Below are positions 1 to 28,716 of a DNA stretch of 64,000 bases, piece after piece; within the stretch, counting starts at the first letter, position 1; each line of letters begins with the position of its first letter. This stretch comes from the human T2T-CHM13v2.0 reference genome, Homo sapiens. A program made the position numbers and the translations under genes. Below the pieces are notes generated by a model. It was not told the origin of the DNA. It worked only from the letters and a program-made list of their open reading frames with translations, and searched no databases. The stretch lies in assembly GCF_009914755.1 (NCBI RefSeq), contig NC_060925.1, one strand, 5' to 3'.

Positions 1-108
1 CTCCCCCAGCAGGCCAAATGGGGCTGCAAACAGAAGTAGAGTCCAAAGGAGCAGGGGGCTGGGGGCACAGTGCCCCCAACCCCAGGTGCACTCCACAGAG
101 CCGCGCAT
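1..108 (-). CDS. GLMP: Glycosylated lysosomal membrane protein (NCU-G1/C1orf85), first coding exon, truncated by window edge
   Basis: Reverse strand from ATG at 108 reads MRGSVECTWGWGHCAPSPLLLWTLLLFAAPFGLLGE, a signal-peptide-like N-terminus that I recognise as GLMP; not in the ORF track because it runs off the window. Confidence 0.92.
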   Translation of the reverse strand, partial: MRGSVECTWGWGHCAPSPLLLWTLLLFAAPFGLLGE

Positions 109-145
109 ACGGCCGCAATTCAGCCGACGGAAGAGGTGCCAGAGG

Positions 146-155
146 GTCACATGAC
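146..155. promoter_or_regulatory. CLEAR/M-box-like element GTCACATGAC in the GLMP promoter
   Basis: One mismatch from the TFEB/TFE3 CLEAR palindrome GTCACGTGAC, ~40 bp upstream of the ATG of a lysosomal gene. Confidence 0.7.
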
Positions 156-708
156 TCGCGTTCAGCTGATCCCTTTCAAGGGCGGAGCCGCCAAACTATT
201 TGCTTTTTAAAAAAATTTCCTTTCGTCAGCACCATTTAATGTATTAAAGAACAGCTTTGTATTCTATCTTAAAACAGGAAACGTCAGTCTCTTACAAGTA
301 ATACAATTTAATATGGTCACAAGATTTTAAGTGAAAAAAAAAACATTCATGCTACAAGTTTTCAGTTTTCCTTGGACAATGCCAAAAACACAGTATTCAA
401 ACGGCATGTTTTAAGAGGAACGTGAAATCTCATTTTGACACAAAGACAGGTTAAAGAAAATAAACCCAACAGGGAACTACTCCAGTACATTGCCTTAAGT
501 TCCCAACCCTGTCCCATTGTGGAACTCATACACCTTCTTTCTACTCCAGCACATGAAACTCTGTGGTTCTTCTTCCCTGTGGAACAATGTGGTTCTTCTT
601 CCCTGCCTAACATTTCAACAAAAATTGTAAATATTTAGAGATGTGTCACTAAATGACAACAACATACTTCCAAAAAAGCCAACTTATTTGTTAAATGTTG
701 AAAGAAAA

Positions 709-3833
<3,125 letters not shown>

Positions 3834-3970
3834 TTACCTAGCCCGTCCCACTGAAGAGCTACCTATAGTGGGAGAGATCCAAATGGGACCCCAATAATAC
3901 AACTGTGATAGGAAGATCCAGAGAGGAATTTGAGGGTATTCCATGAGATAGCACACCTGAGGGTTCTTTA

Positions 3971-6934
<2,964 letters not shown>

Positions 6935-8054
6935 TAAGAATACAAATATACAGAAATTACATATAAATAATACACAGTGGTACCCAAACACTGTTCTTCA
7001 GTTTTTTTTTGTTTTTTTGAGACGCTGTCACACCCAGGCTGGAGTGCAGTGGTGAGATCTTGGCTCACTGCAACCTCCACCTCCTGGGCTCATGCTATTC
7101 TGCCTCAGCCACCCAAGTAGCTGGGATTACAGGCGTGCACTTCCAAACCCGGCTAATCTTTGTATTTTTAGTAGAGATGGGGTTTTGCCATGTTGCCTAA
7201 GTTGGTCTCGAATTCCTGAGCTCAAATGATCCACCCACCTCGGCCTCCCAAAGTGCTGGGATTACAGGCGTGAGCCACCACACCTGGCCCCAATTTGCAT
7301 TTTTAACTCATATATTGAGGAATGTTCTGTTATCAATGCACTTGGAGTTATCTCATTCTCCTTGCAGGGGTATGTTCCATGGATCTATTTAACCAGAACC
7401 TTGTTGATGTAGTAATATTTTGCTGTGACAAACAATGCTGGAAAGAATATCCCTGTCTGAAATGGACTCAACCAAGGAGAAATACTGAGATCTCAGCATT
7501 TCATATTAATAACCAAATTCAGCAGGATACGTACCAAGGAGTGGAATCGTCAGCTCAAACTGCCCTTTATATGAGGTTTACCAATTGACACTCAAACCAC
7601 ATGCTTAGGAGCACATTGCAAGTGTTTACCAAATTATGCTTACATTTCCCTTTGAATAAGGTTAAGCATCTCTTCATGTTTTAGTCAATTTTTGCTCCTC
7701 TGGAGCTTTTTAAATCCTTTGCCTATTTTTCTACAGGCCTCTTCTTAATCGTCAAGTTCTAAAAGTATTATGTTGTTGTTGTTAAGACAGGGTCTTGCTG
7801 CATCATGCAGGCCGGAGTGCAGTAGTGCAAACATAGCTCAATTGCAGCCTCAAACTCTGGGGCTCAAGTGATTCTCCCACCTTAGCCTCCTTAGTAGCTG
7901 GGACTATAGGCATGCACCATCTTGTCCACCCTAAAAGTTCTTTAAGGAAATTAACTTAATGTTGTTGCAACATCTTCTCTCCCTTGTGTTTTTGCAGTGC
8001 AAACTTTGTATGGAGTTTCCTACCCACTCACATTTTTTTTTTTTTTTTTTTTGA

Positions 8055-8255
<201 letters not shown>

Positions 8256-8508
8256 TGAACTCCCGACCTCAGGTGATCCGCCCGCCTCGGCCTCCCGAAG
8301 TCCCCTCACATATTTTAAACCCCATATTTCTTCTAGTGCTCTTATGGTTATATTTTCTTATATTTACACCTTTCAGCTGCCTGGAACTAACTTTGTTGTA
8401 ATTTAGTAGGGATCCAATTTCCTGCCTCCCCCACAACCACAAATAGCTACTCCGGAAATAAACTCTCAAAATGTTCTCAGAAACTCATTTTGCTGAAGAA
8501 AAAAGGTA

Positions 8509-9812
<1,304 letters not shown>

Positions 9813-10815
9813 TACGTTTATCTTCTAAGGTATCAACTCTGGAATCTGATAAGGGAGAATAAAAACAAGTCTTGACTGAGTGTAGATGGCTTAAATAGCA
9901 GTCAGGAATTCAAACTCCCACACCAGCCCCCAAATTACTGCTTTATGGCAGGGGAGATGGGACTTGACTAAAATGTAGGAATTTGGCAGGGGAAGGATCA
10001 TCAGCAGAGTCAAGGACATGGGAAAACCACACTCATGGAATCAAATGTTTAGTGAATAGGGTTCACGCAGGGCAGCAAAAGTGGCCTGGGCAGCCTTTCA
10101 TCACTGTTAAAATTTTTGTTTGGGCTGGGTGCGGTGGCTCACGCCTGTAATCCCAGCACTTTAGGAGGCTGAGGCGGGCCAGGAGTTTGAGACCAGCCTG
10201 ACCAACATGGAGAAACTCTGTCTCTACTAAAAATACAAAAATAAAAAATTAGCCGGGCGTGGTGATGCATGCCTATAATCCCAGCTACTCGGGAGGCTGA
10301 GGCAGGAGAATCATTTGAACCGAGGAGGCAACAAGAGTGAAACTCTGTTTCAAAAAAAAAAAAAATTTTTTTTTAAATAATTTTTTGTAGACAGGATTTT
10401 GCTAGGTTGCCCAGGATGGTCTTGAACTTCTGGGCTCAAGTGATCCTTCTGCCTTGGCTTTCCAAAGTGCTGGGATTACAGGCATGAGCTGCCACATATG
10501 GCCTATGCTAAATTTGTAAATCACTAAGTTCTAGACAGCAAAGTGGGGCTTTGAAAGCCAAACAGTCCAAAGTGATCTAACATGCCAGAAGGATTTACGC
10601 ATGTTTAGAAATGGCAAATAAAAACAACTAAAAAAAATAAACAAAAAGGAAAAAGAAAGCAGATATTACAGATGCTTTAAAAAAGAGGTACCAATAGGCC
10701 AGTCGCGGTGGCTCATGCCTGTAATCCCAGCACTTTGGGAGGCCGAGGTGGGTGGATCACGAGGTCAGGAGATTGAGACCGTCCTGGCTAACACGGTGAA
10801 ACCCCATCTCTACTA

Positions 10816-11073
<258 letters not shown>

Positions 11074-11178
11074 TCAGGAGATGGAGACCATCCTGGCTAA
11101 CACAAGGTGAAACCTTGTCTCTACTAAAATTATGAAAAATTAGCCAGGCATGGTGGTGTGCGCCTGTAGTCACAGCTA

Positions 11179-11286
<108 letters not shown>

Positions 11287-11482
11287 TCAGAAAAAAAAAA
11301 GAGGTACCAATAATAGTAAGGAAGACTATGACACTACCCAAGTGCTTAACTATTAGAGCTGAAAACAAAACGAACCTAGACTGAGTAAGGAACAAAGGGG
11401 AGGAAAGAATCTACAAGATGTCCAGGCGCGGTGGCTCACGCCTGTAATCCCAGCACTTTGGGAGGCCGAGGCGGGTGGATCA

Positions 11483-11760
<278 letters not shown>

Positions 11761-11992
11761 TTATGGGCAATATTTCACTATCTTGTTTTACTAATTAAAG
11801 AATTAACTCATCGGCAAGGCGTGGTGGCTCACGCCTGTAATTCCAGCACTTTGGGAGGCCGAGGCAGGACGATCACGAGGTTAAGAGATGGAGACCATCC
11901 TGGCCAACCAACATGGTGAAACCTCGTCTCTATTAAAAATACAAAAAAATTAGCTGGGCATAGTGGCATACGCCTGTAGTCCCAGCTACTCA

Positions 11993-12097
<105 letters not shown>

Positions 12098-13450
12098 TCA
12101 AAAAAATAAATAAAAAAAAGAATTAACTTATCATCTCTGAGGAGTTTAAAGCTCCAAGAGAATTAAAACACTGCAAGCAGAGGCAGAGATTTCAGCAAAA
12201 GGCAGGTAGGCTTATTTCTGAGTCCCCTGCAGAAGCGTATAGGCAGAGCTTTGGTTGACCTAAGCAGGAAGCTAAAGCCATAGGCATCTCACAAGCCCCT
12301 TTCCATCCCACACCTCAGATCAGTCAGGATAGCCAGCTATAAATGCATGGCTTCCTTGGCCGGGCATGGTGGCTCACACCTGTAATCCAAGCACTTTGCA
12401 AGGATGAGATGGGTGGATCACCTGAGGTAGGGAGTTTGAGACCACCCTGACCAACACAGAGAAACCCCATCTCTAAAGCATGGCCTCTAGAACCACAGTG
12501 CCTACATATGAATTCCAGGTCTGCCACTTACCAGCTTTGTGACCCTTTAACAAGTTACCTATCTATGCATTAGATTTCTCCCTCACAAAATGGGGGATAA
12601 CATTACCTGTCTTAGAGGGCTGTTGTGAGGATCCATTAGTTAACATTCAAATGACTAGAACACATCTGTTAGACAGTACTTACCATTATTCTACCAAGTA
12701 TTCAACTTTATGTGACTAGGTCCCATGGTCAGGGAAGAGATAAACAAGGCTAAATGTATGAGTCATAAGGACAGATGGGAGGGTGAAAAGCCCAGTAGAC
12801 AAGTGGAACACTGAAGAAATCAAAGGCTAGTACCACCTAGCCTCTAGCATCCTGGGACCACTACTCAGATTTTTTTTCTCTCCTTGATAAAAACAAATGG
12901 AATTTAAATATTTTGTTTCTGCTAGCAGAAAGGCAGAGAGGTCTGACTGTGACAGGATACTGGCATGAGAAAAGGTCAGCAAGCCAAAATGAAGACTGGA
13001 ATTGTAAAAACATTGGAAGAGGGCAGAGAAAAATAACTCATGGTAAAGGGAGAATTCTGAAAACTACACCAAAAAAAAAAAAAAAGTTATATGTCCTTTA
13101 GGACACATGCCAGAGCCCTAGGATGTACTGGGTGTTCCTCTACATACAACCACATATGGGGAACACCCATGCTTTAGACAGGTTCCTCTTGTTCTTTGGG
13201 CAGTGAATGCAAAATGGTGCTTTGTAAGCTTTACAGTATTATCCTTTGAACTCCAAAAGGGTCTTTCCAACCAAAATTTACTGAGAAGTCTGAAGAATAC
13301 TCCCTCAAGAAGGCAAAAGAGTCTAAATGCCCTCATTCCAGGTCTCCTTTCCCTCCCCAGTAAGGTTTTCTGCCTCCACCTATTTGCCAGGAGATAAGAG
13401 AGATGGCCCAAGGTTGAAAAACACATAACAACTTTCTCAAATGACTTAGA

Positions 13451-13456
13451 TTTAAT
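13451..13456 (-). terminator. CCT3 polyadenylation signal ATTAAA
   Basis: Plus-strand TTTAAT, 211 nt past the stop, followed on the minus strand by a GU-rich element (GTTATGTGTTTTT, ~13415-13428). Confidence 0.7.
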
Positions 13457-13667
13457 CATCGGAAGCAAACTAAATGGAAACCTTACAATAGAGAAGAATT
13501 ACATGTCAGTGTCTTTTGGAAAACTGAGCTGGGACAGAAAGGGACTGGGGGCTGCCCCCCAACCTGATCCCTTCTGAACAAAGACGTCCACAGTGTTCCT
13601 GGCACTCTGGCTCAGGAAAAGGGGAGACTCTGCTGGTTCTGTGCATTGAAGTAGCCTTGCCTAGCAC

Positions 13668-13772
13668 TCACTCCTGGCCAGCATCAGGAGCCCCGCCTTG
13701 CCGGCTCTGGTCATCGCCTTTCTTTTTGTGGCCTGAAACGATGTCATCAATTCGCAGTAGCAGAACTGCCGT
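13668..13772 (-). CDS. CCT3: CCT3 exon 14 (TAVLLLRIDD...AGQE*)
   Basis: TAG acceptor, 105 nt, TGA at 13668-13670. Confidence 0.97.
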   Translation of the reverse strand, partial: TAVLLLRIDDIVSGHKKKGDDQSRQGGAPDAGQE

Positions 13773-13898
13773 CTAGGAGAAAAACCACAGATGCAAAGAG
13801 GTCAGCAGAGAAGGAAAGGACACTTTTCTTTCCTTTAGATCTATCACCTAGATGCTACTATGGAACTGCCATTTTGTCTGAAATCTACCTTTTCAGTC

Positions 13899-14992
<1,094 letters not shown>

Positions 14993-15027
14993 TTAAAACA
15001 GCGTGTACATATCTTAGGGTGCCTTAC

Positions 15028-15159
15028 CTCCACTGCTGTCTTATAAGTCTGCAGCTTCACAGCCAATGGCTCCCATATGCCCAGTTCCTTCATGTCCACC
15101 AAAGTACCCGTCTCACCATTTACACCCCAGGTCTCACAGTTCTCCTGGGTGTGCTTGGC
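15028..15159 (-). CDS. CCT3: CCT3 exon 13 (AKHTQENCETW...KTAVE)
   Basis: CAG/GT, 132 nt, in frame. Confidence 0.97.
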
Positions 15160-15419
15160 CTGCAATTGAAGCAAGAAGTAAAGGGGAAAATAAGTTAACA
15201 GGAAACATCAGGTAAGAAATGAAGTAAAAAACAATGGACCAGTATGGAAGGGACAGGGAAAAATGGCAATGACAGCAAACAAGTCAAAGACTAAAAGGAG
15301 AGAAAGATTTCAAGGAATAGACTATAAAGAGAATTTGGATAGCCAGATAAGAATCTTCCCCTCAGGGCAAACACAGCTTTCCCTGCTCCATCAAGAGAAA
15401 AGCTTGGAGAGGAACTCAC

Positions 15420-15665
15420 CCGAAGGGAGGTAAGTAGACGGATGGTGCTGGCCCCACAGTTCTGGATCAGGGTACGAGGAATGACCTCTAGGGCCTGGGC
15501 AACAGCCCTGTATGGCCATTGTTCCACACCAGTCATGGCCTTGGATTTTTCTGTCAAGGCATGGGCCACAGCCATCTCGGAGGCCCCACCCCCTGGCACC
15601 AGCTGAGGGTCCAGGAGAACATTGCGACACACTTGCATGGCATCCTGGAGGTTGCGTTCTACTTC
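15420..15665 (-). CDS. CCT3: CCT3 exon 12 (EVERNLQDA...PGGGASE...TSLR)
   Basis: AAG acceptor, GTGAGT donor, 246 nt; chaperonin motif PGGGASE. Confidence 0.97.
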
Positions 15666-16510
15666 CTTGGAGAAGCAAACAGACAGTATGAAGCCAAAGC
15701 TTGATGACTCATAAAATCGGAGGCACCAAAAGGACTTCCTAACTGCCAAAGTTAGTAAACCACCAAGGAGGGCAACTAGAAAAGGTCCTTGGAACCCCTA
15801 CTGGGCAGGGCAGATTATTTACCTGAGAATATATAACACACGACTATAATATAGGATGGCGGGGAGTGGTATCTGCAAAGGGTTTGGGGGTGTCACCCAA
15901 CCATAAAGTTAGGTCTTTGTCCATTATGCTAGATTAAGAGCAATAACCTATTTCATCCCTTGCCAGTTATATGGAAATAAACAGCATGTATCTTGATAGA
16001 TAAGAGCCATAACCTATTCCACCCCTTCCTAGTTGTATCTTTTAGGAGGTTGCATGGTGTTGTACACTCTCCTACTTACTAGCTATGTGCCTTTGGGAAA
16101 GTTACTTAGCCTCAATGAGGAAAAAAAAGTAATATTTATAACTTCAACGTAAAAAATAAGAAAACAGTTGTTGCTAGGGAGTAGGAGATGAGATATCTTG
16201 TTTGATGGGTACAGAGTCTCAGTTCTGCAAGATGAAAAAGTTCTGAAGATCTCTTGCACAATAACATGAATATACTTAACATTACTGAACTGTACAATTA
16301 AAATGATTAAGATGGTAAATTTTATGCTTACTACAATTTTTAAAATTTTAAATTATTTAATTAAAAAAAGGAAGCAGAAAAGGAATTTGTGGCTATAGGT
16401 CCAAATTAAATAGCTATAAATGGACCACAGAATTATTTTAGGCCCTTTGGGAAACTCTCAAGAAGTTCAGTGATCTACTTCATCTGGTCATACATCCAAG
16501 GCTGACTCAC

Positions 16511-16691
16511 CGAGAGAATCTCTTTGCTAGCCCCCCGGAGGAGAATGGTGCAGGCCTTGGGGTCTTTGCAGTCAGTGATGAAAGTAAAGTATTCATCTCC
16601 AATTTTCTTGATTTCCAACAGGCCTGCTCCTGTTCCAACATCATCTTCTCTCAGTTCCTCTGGTCGGCTGACTATCCGGGCCCCACAGGCT
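16511..16691 (-). CDS. CCT3: CCT3 exon 11 (ACGARIV...GASKEILS)
   Basis: TAG/GTGAGT, 181 nt, phases consistent with neighbours. Confidence 0.97.
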
Positions 16692-17171
16692 CTAATGGAC
16701 GGAAGAGGTGGGGAGAATCAGATGATTTCAGATACTTGTACCCATTTCCCTAGTCTCTAGGGTCTGTAGCTAGGGATAAGGGCAAAAGTGGATTGTTGGA
16801 AACATCACTTAAGAGGTCTTGCCTGTCCGGTGAAAAAGATTTTCAGGGGGCCAGGCACAGTGGCTCACACTTGTAATCCCAGTACTTTGGGAGGCCAGGC
16901 AAAAGGATTGCTTGAGCCCAGAAGTTTGAGACCAGCCCGGGCAACATAACAAGACTCTGTCTCTACAAAAAATAAAAAACTAGCTGGGCACAGTGATGCA
17001 TACCTGTAGCTCCAGCTACTCAGGAGGGTGAGGTGAGGGATCCCTTGAAACCATGATATCAAGGATGCAGTGAGCTGTGACCATGCCACTGCACTCCAGC
17101 CTAGATAACAGAGTGGGACCCTATCTAAAAAAAAACAAACACAAAAACCCCAAAAAACAACAACAAAAAAA

Positions 17172-20200
<3,029 letters not shown>

Positions 20201-20508
20201 TACACTTAAGGCAACTAGTCATCACTACTATAACCAGATATAGTTGAATTCAAAATATACTTTGTGGTTACTAAAATCTGGACAAATTAGTTCTCATGCA
20301 TATCTAACATGTACATATTTCAACTAGAGAATTAGAACCTGCAAAAAAGAAAGATAAAAGAAAAAAATTAACATGTCTATACTATATAATGGTAACTTCT
20401 AGATATAACCCATCCTGTACTGCCCAGTTGAGTCTCCAGGCGAATAATAAAGACTGTACCAAAGATGCAAAGGTCAAGCAAGGAGGAAGGCGAATAAACA
20501 TGTAAGTA

Positions 20509-20848
20509 GAGTTGGCCCTCTATATCCGCAGGTCCCGCATCCAGATTCCACCAACCATGCACTGATAACATGGCAGGGGGGGTGGGGTGGGGGGATGGAC
20601 AATAATACAACGGCAAAAAATAATATAAATTTTAAAGACAATATAGTATAGCAACTATTTATATAGCATTTATGCTATATTAGGCATTATAAGCAATCTA
20701 AAGGTGATTTAAAGTGTATAGAAGGATGTGTATAGGTTATACACAAATACCATACCATTTTATATAAGGGTTAAGCATCCACAAACTTTAGTATTCAAGG
20801 GGGCGGGGATCCTAGAACCAATGCCCTGTGGATATCAAGGGATGACTG
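20509..20848 (-). mobile_element. MER2 MITE, near full length
   Basis: GAGTTGGCCCTC...AACCA and GAACCAATGCCCTGTGGATATCAAGGGATGACTG termini, MER2 internal motifs. Confidence 0.75.
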
Positions 20849-21634
20849 CATACGTCTGACCGAAGTTTAATGAATGTAGGACTAATTGCTTGTCACTCCC
20901 TCCAACTCATGGCCATGTGAAGTCAACTATGTGTATGCATGTTAATACCCTTTGGGGTATAAAAGTATAAAATATGATTTGGATCTGTGATATATTATGT
21001 TGGGGTAGATTTGTCAGCTTTTTGATAAATTAAAAATGAATGAACTTTGCTGGGCATGGTGGCGCATGCCAATAGTTTCAGGTACTGGAAAGGCTGACAA
21101 CAGGATGACTGCTTGAGCCCAGGAGTTTGAGACAGGCCTAGGTAACACAGCAAGACCTTGTCTATTAAAAAGAATGGTCTATGAGCACAGACATCAGTGC
21201 AGAAGTAGTGAATGCAATCTAGAATCGCATAAATCGCAGCTAAGGATGTAGCTGAGGAAACTGATGGTTCTGCTATAATCCAGGCCACTTAGGATACTCT
21301 GGAAATGTTCATTCAAAAATCATCATAATGACATTAAAGAAAACCTCTTAGATAGGCAGTTATTTAGAAATGTAACGGACACCCACCAAGGTAGCAATTA
21401 CAAATGTCTAAGCACAAGCTGCTCACTAATGGTTAGGGGCAGTACAGATGAGACTCACGCAGTAAATAACTGTTGGACTAGAGGACTTCTGAAGAGGGCA
21501 GGCAGCTAAGCCAAGGTTATTTCTACCTGTTACTATATCCTTTATTAAACCTTTTCAGGTAATGATGACTGTTACGCAACTACAAAAAGGAAACACACGG
21601 GAAGAAAAGTCTTGTTTTTACCTGGCCTACTCAC

Positions 21635-21716
21635 CTAGCAATGCGATTATTGTCTGTCTTCCGGACTCTGCGGATGGCTGTGATATTGGCCCGCATAAGG
21701 TAGTGCTGAGCTAAAT
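21635..21716 (-). CDS. CCT3: CCT3 exon 10 (DLAQHYL...DNNRIAR)
   Basis: TAG/GTGAGT, 82 nt. Confidence 0.97.
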
Positions 21717-21883
21717 CTACAAATCCAAGAGTAGAGATGTCAAGCTGGGTTCTGAACTGGTTTTATAATCAAAGTACTCTTAACCATGACACTATTACGC
21801 CCCTGCCAAACATGAGGGGAGAAAACAAATCACCCACCCTCGTCTACCTCAAAGGTAGGCTGGAAAAAGTAACAAAGTCCCAC

Positions 21884-22016
21884 CTGAGATGCCCTTTTCA
21901 GTGATGACCACATCGGGCTTCAGTTGGATAATGTCCTCACAGAGCTGCTGGATGTACTCTTCCTCCATCTGGAGAATTCGGGTGAAGTCCTCCTCTCGTG
22001 TAATCTCAATGTCAGT
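21884..22016 (-). CDS. CCT3: CCT3 exon 9 (TDIEITREED...EKGIS)
   Basis: CAG/GT, 133 nt. Confidence 0.97.
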
Positions 22017-22175
22017 CTGTGTGGTAAAGAAAAGACACTGATTTTAAAATCCCTGGACTGGTGAAGCTCTAAGGGTCATATTATACTCCTTCCACCCACC
22101 TCTCCCACGTATCTCAGAGTCAGAATTATGTTAAAGCCATGACCTCAACACCTCTGTAAGCCAATTTAGCTTTAG

Positions 22176-22361
<186 letters not shown>

Positions 22362-23051
22362 TAGTAGAGACGGGGTTTCACCACGTTAGCCAGGATGGTC
22401 TCGATCTTCTGACTTCGTGATCCGCCCGCCTCTGCCTCCCAAAGTGCTGGGATTACAGGCGTGAGCCACCACGCCCGGCCAGCTCCAGTTATATCATTAT
22501 AAAACAACCAGAACTGAAAGTCACACAGTAATTAGTGTTGAGTTTGGCCTTTCTAAGGTCTCTGACCACCCAGTCCAATCCTACATCTGTCCTGGCAGTG
22601 TGCAGGAAAATCCTGGGTCTTAATTCTTCCCACTAATTGATTCTTATTCTTTCCAAATGTGATGGAGCCTTGTGAGCCTCCTGCCCTCTAGAATTTTTTT
22701 TTTTTTTTTTTTGAGACAGGGTCTCACTGTTGCTCAGGCTGGAGTTCAGTGGCGTGATCACAGCTCCTTGCACCCTTGACCTTCTGGGTTCAAGCAATCC
22801 TCTCACCTCAGCCTCCCAAGTAGTGGGGACTACAGGCACATGCCACCACGCCCAATTAATTTTTTTTAAATAAAGACAGTATTCGACATGTTGCCTAGGC
22901 TGGTCTTGAACTCCTGGGCTCGAGCCATCCACCTGCCTTAGCCTCCCAAAGTGCTAGAATTATAGGTGTGAGCCACTGCATTAAGCTGAAATTCTCCTTT
23001 AGTACTTCAAAGCTGAATTAACTCCTACCTTATGTTCCCCTGGTGCATTAG

Positions 23052-23768
<717 letters not shown>

Positions 23769-24767
23769 TAGAGATGGGGTTTCACCATGTTAGCCAGGAT
23801 GGTCTCGATCTCCTGACCTCGTGATCCGCCCGCCTCGGCCTCCCAAAGTGCTGGGATTACAGGCATGAGCCACCACGCCCGGCCCAGTGTTTCAGGTTTC
23901 TAAAGTACCTTTCTTTGATGAAGCTCAAAAATATTATTGGAATCACATTTTTTTCCCATTAGGAAATACACCAATTTTAGACCATGACACTCAACTTGAA
24001 GGTCTGCTGAGACTCACTGAAATTCAATGACTTGACAAAAGACTTAGAGGGGCTTATGAGCCAGGCACAGTGGTTCACACCTAAAATCCCAGCTACTCAA
24101 GAGGCTCAGGCAGGAGGATCCCTTGAGGCCGGGAGTTCGAGACCAGCCTGGGCAACACATTGAGACCCAATTGCTATTTAAATAAATAAATAAGGGCTTA
24201 GGTCTCTCCAATTAAAAAAATAAATATATTGCCAGAGAATTTTAGGCTTGGGGCTCCATCTACTGGCCACAAGCTATACTACTAAACTTTTGGATCTTAA
24301 TGAAATTTAGTGGACAGGAGAGAAAGCTTTCTGGGGCTTACTATTTTAATAGCACTACATAATAGAGCCCTTGTTAAGCTTATATCCTGACCAAATGACT
24401 GATGTATGCAAATACACAAACATGGAGACACCAATAAGCCTGTCCCTTGTCCTCATAAACCTTGTGTAGGGATAGCAGTGAAGGTAACAACAAAACTATT
24501 TGAAGAAATTCCTACTTGGTAGCCTCTTATAGGTTTTTGTTTCCAGGCAGCAAGTATAGTTCTTCCTAGTTCTAACTAAAGATACCTTGCTTTGGTCAGG
24601 CGCAGTGGCTCACCCTATAATCCCAGCACTTTGTGAGGCAAAGGTGGGCAGATCACTGAGGTCAGGAGTTCGAGACCATCCTGGCTAACATGGTGAAACC
24701 CCGTCTCTACTTAAAATACAAAAAGAAATTAGCTGGGCGTGGTGGCAGGCATCTGTAATCCCAACTA

Positions 24768-24950
<183 letters not shown>

Positions 24951-25307
24951 TTATGCCTATAATCCCAGCACTTTGAGAGCCTGAGGTGGGAAGATCACTT
25001 GAGGCCAGGAGTTCAAGACCAGCCTGGGCAACATGAGACCCTCATCTCTACAAAAAGAAAAAAAATTTGCTGGGCACAGTGGCATGTGCCTGTAGTCCTA
25101 GCAAATCAGAGGATTTGCTTGAGGCCAGGAGTTTGAGGCTGCAGTGGGCTGTGACTGTGCCACTATACTCCAGCCTAGGCAACAAGGTGAGACTCTGTCT
25201 CAAAAACAAAACAAAACAACGGCATGAAAAACAGACTATTTCCTCACAAGTGAGATGACTCATGCTAACATATAATTTGACCCAATGTATACACTTTGAA
25301 AGTTTAC

Positions 25308-25494
25308 CTTTTCCACTCTTGCATATTTTTTTATGTCAATCTCTTTCCGACCATTCTCCTCAAACTGTACCATCTTGACAGCATCCAGGGCAATGTTGCA
25401 AGCCAAAGATGACCACCGACTGATGGCTTTGGTAGTAATAGAGCTGTTGATGATGTTCAGCATCATATCACTGTCACTGATGTCGACTGGGATA
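25308..25494 (-). CDS. CCT3: CCT3 exon 7 (IPVDISD...ARVEK)
   Basis: TAG/GTAAAC, 187 nt. Confidence 0.97.
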
Positions 25495-26047
25495 CTAGAG
25501 AAAAGAAAACCAGACGATATGTGAAGAAGGCATGTTAGATATGTAGAGATGTGCCTTATCTATACCTCAGTGACTATAATAATGGACCAAGAGGCAGAAC
25601 AAGGGGATTTGTTCCTTTGGAGGAAACTAAAAGGACATTAGGAGGTAACCTTTGTCCATTCCTCTGCCTTTCAGCAAGATTACAACTCATCTGTAGACGG
25701 TGCCTTAATTCCCTGAGCAACCCTTTACACTTACATACAAAGATTATAGTAAAATAATTTGTTCCTTATCTTCTGCTTCAACCAAGTAAACTTTTCAACT
25801 TTTACAACTCAGGTCAAGACACATTTTTTTTTATGAAACTTTATCCCATAACTAGCCAACTTTAAGAGTTTTATCAAATCATTCATTTGAACAGCAAATT
25901 TTATTTTTAGCTCATGGTGTGTCACAGTGGTCAAAGATGACCACCAACTGGTCATCTTTGTGTTTTTATGTTACTGTAAACACATTTTATGTATTTACCA
26001 TTTTTATATTACTTTCACTCCTCACAAGATATTTTCACATAATGCTA

Positions 26048-26263
<216 letters not shown>

Positions 26264-26776
26264 TCATGTCACTGCACGACAGCCTGGGTGACAGAGTGAG
26301 ATTCCGTCTCAAAAAAACCCCAAAATAAACAAAATCCCTCTTTTAACAGTGAAAGGCACATAATATACCAATTATTAAATGGTTGAATTATGGACTTTTG
26401 GGAAGAAGCAATGACTCCAAAAATGGTATCTAAGATAAAGGGGGCTGGGTGCCATGCTTCACGCCTGTAAACCCAACACTTTGGAAGACTGAGGATAGCT
26501 GGAAGCCCAGAGTTAAAAACCAACCTGGGCAACATAGCAAAACCTCATCTCTATGAAAAATTTAGCAGGGCGTGGTGGACATACCTATAGTCCTAGCTAC
26601 TTGGGAAGCTGGGGCAGGATTGCTTGAGCCCAGGAGCTGGAAGCTGCAGTAAGCTGTGACTGCACCACCGCACTCCAGCTTAGGCAACAGAGTGAGACCA
26701 TATCTCTAAAAAATAATTTTTTTGGGAGGCCGAGGTGGTAGGATCACCTGAGGTCAGGAGTTTGAGACCAGCTTCA

Positions 26777-27326
<550 letters not shown>

Positions 27327-27614
27327 TCAAAAAAAAGGCTTTCTAAGCGTGAAGCTCCACACAATAAAACCTTTGGGTACCTCTACATTCTCACAGAGCT
27401 TACTGCATAAAAATAATTAGATCAAACACCTCATTCTTAAGTGTGCCAGACAAAGATATTAATGTACAACTTGTTTAAGAGCAGGCAGTATATGGCCAGG
27501 CGCGGTGGCTCACGCCTGTAATCCCAGCACTTCGGGAGGTCAAGGTGGGTGGATCACCTGAGGTTGAAAGTTTGAGACCAGCCTGACCAACATGGAGAAA
27601 CCCTGTCTCTACTA

Positions 27615-27818
<204 letters not shown>

Positions 27819-27865
27819 TCACCAAATTACTAAACACTTATGCATCTAGTGACTCAACCATATGA

Positions 27866-28114
<249 letters not shown>

Positions 28115-28156
28115 TAGTAGAGATGGGGTTTCACCATGTTAGCCAGGATGGTCTCA

Positions 28157-28716
<560 letters not shown>

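Noticed and set aside
562-605. 18-nt direct repeat TGTGGTTCTTCTTCCCTG twice upstream of GLMP
   Set aside because: A real micro-duplication, but with no recognisable motif or consequence.
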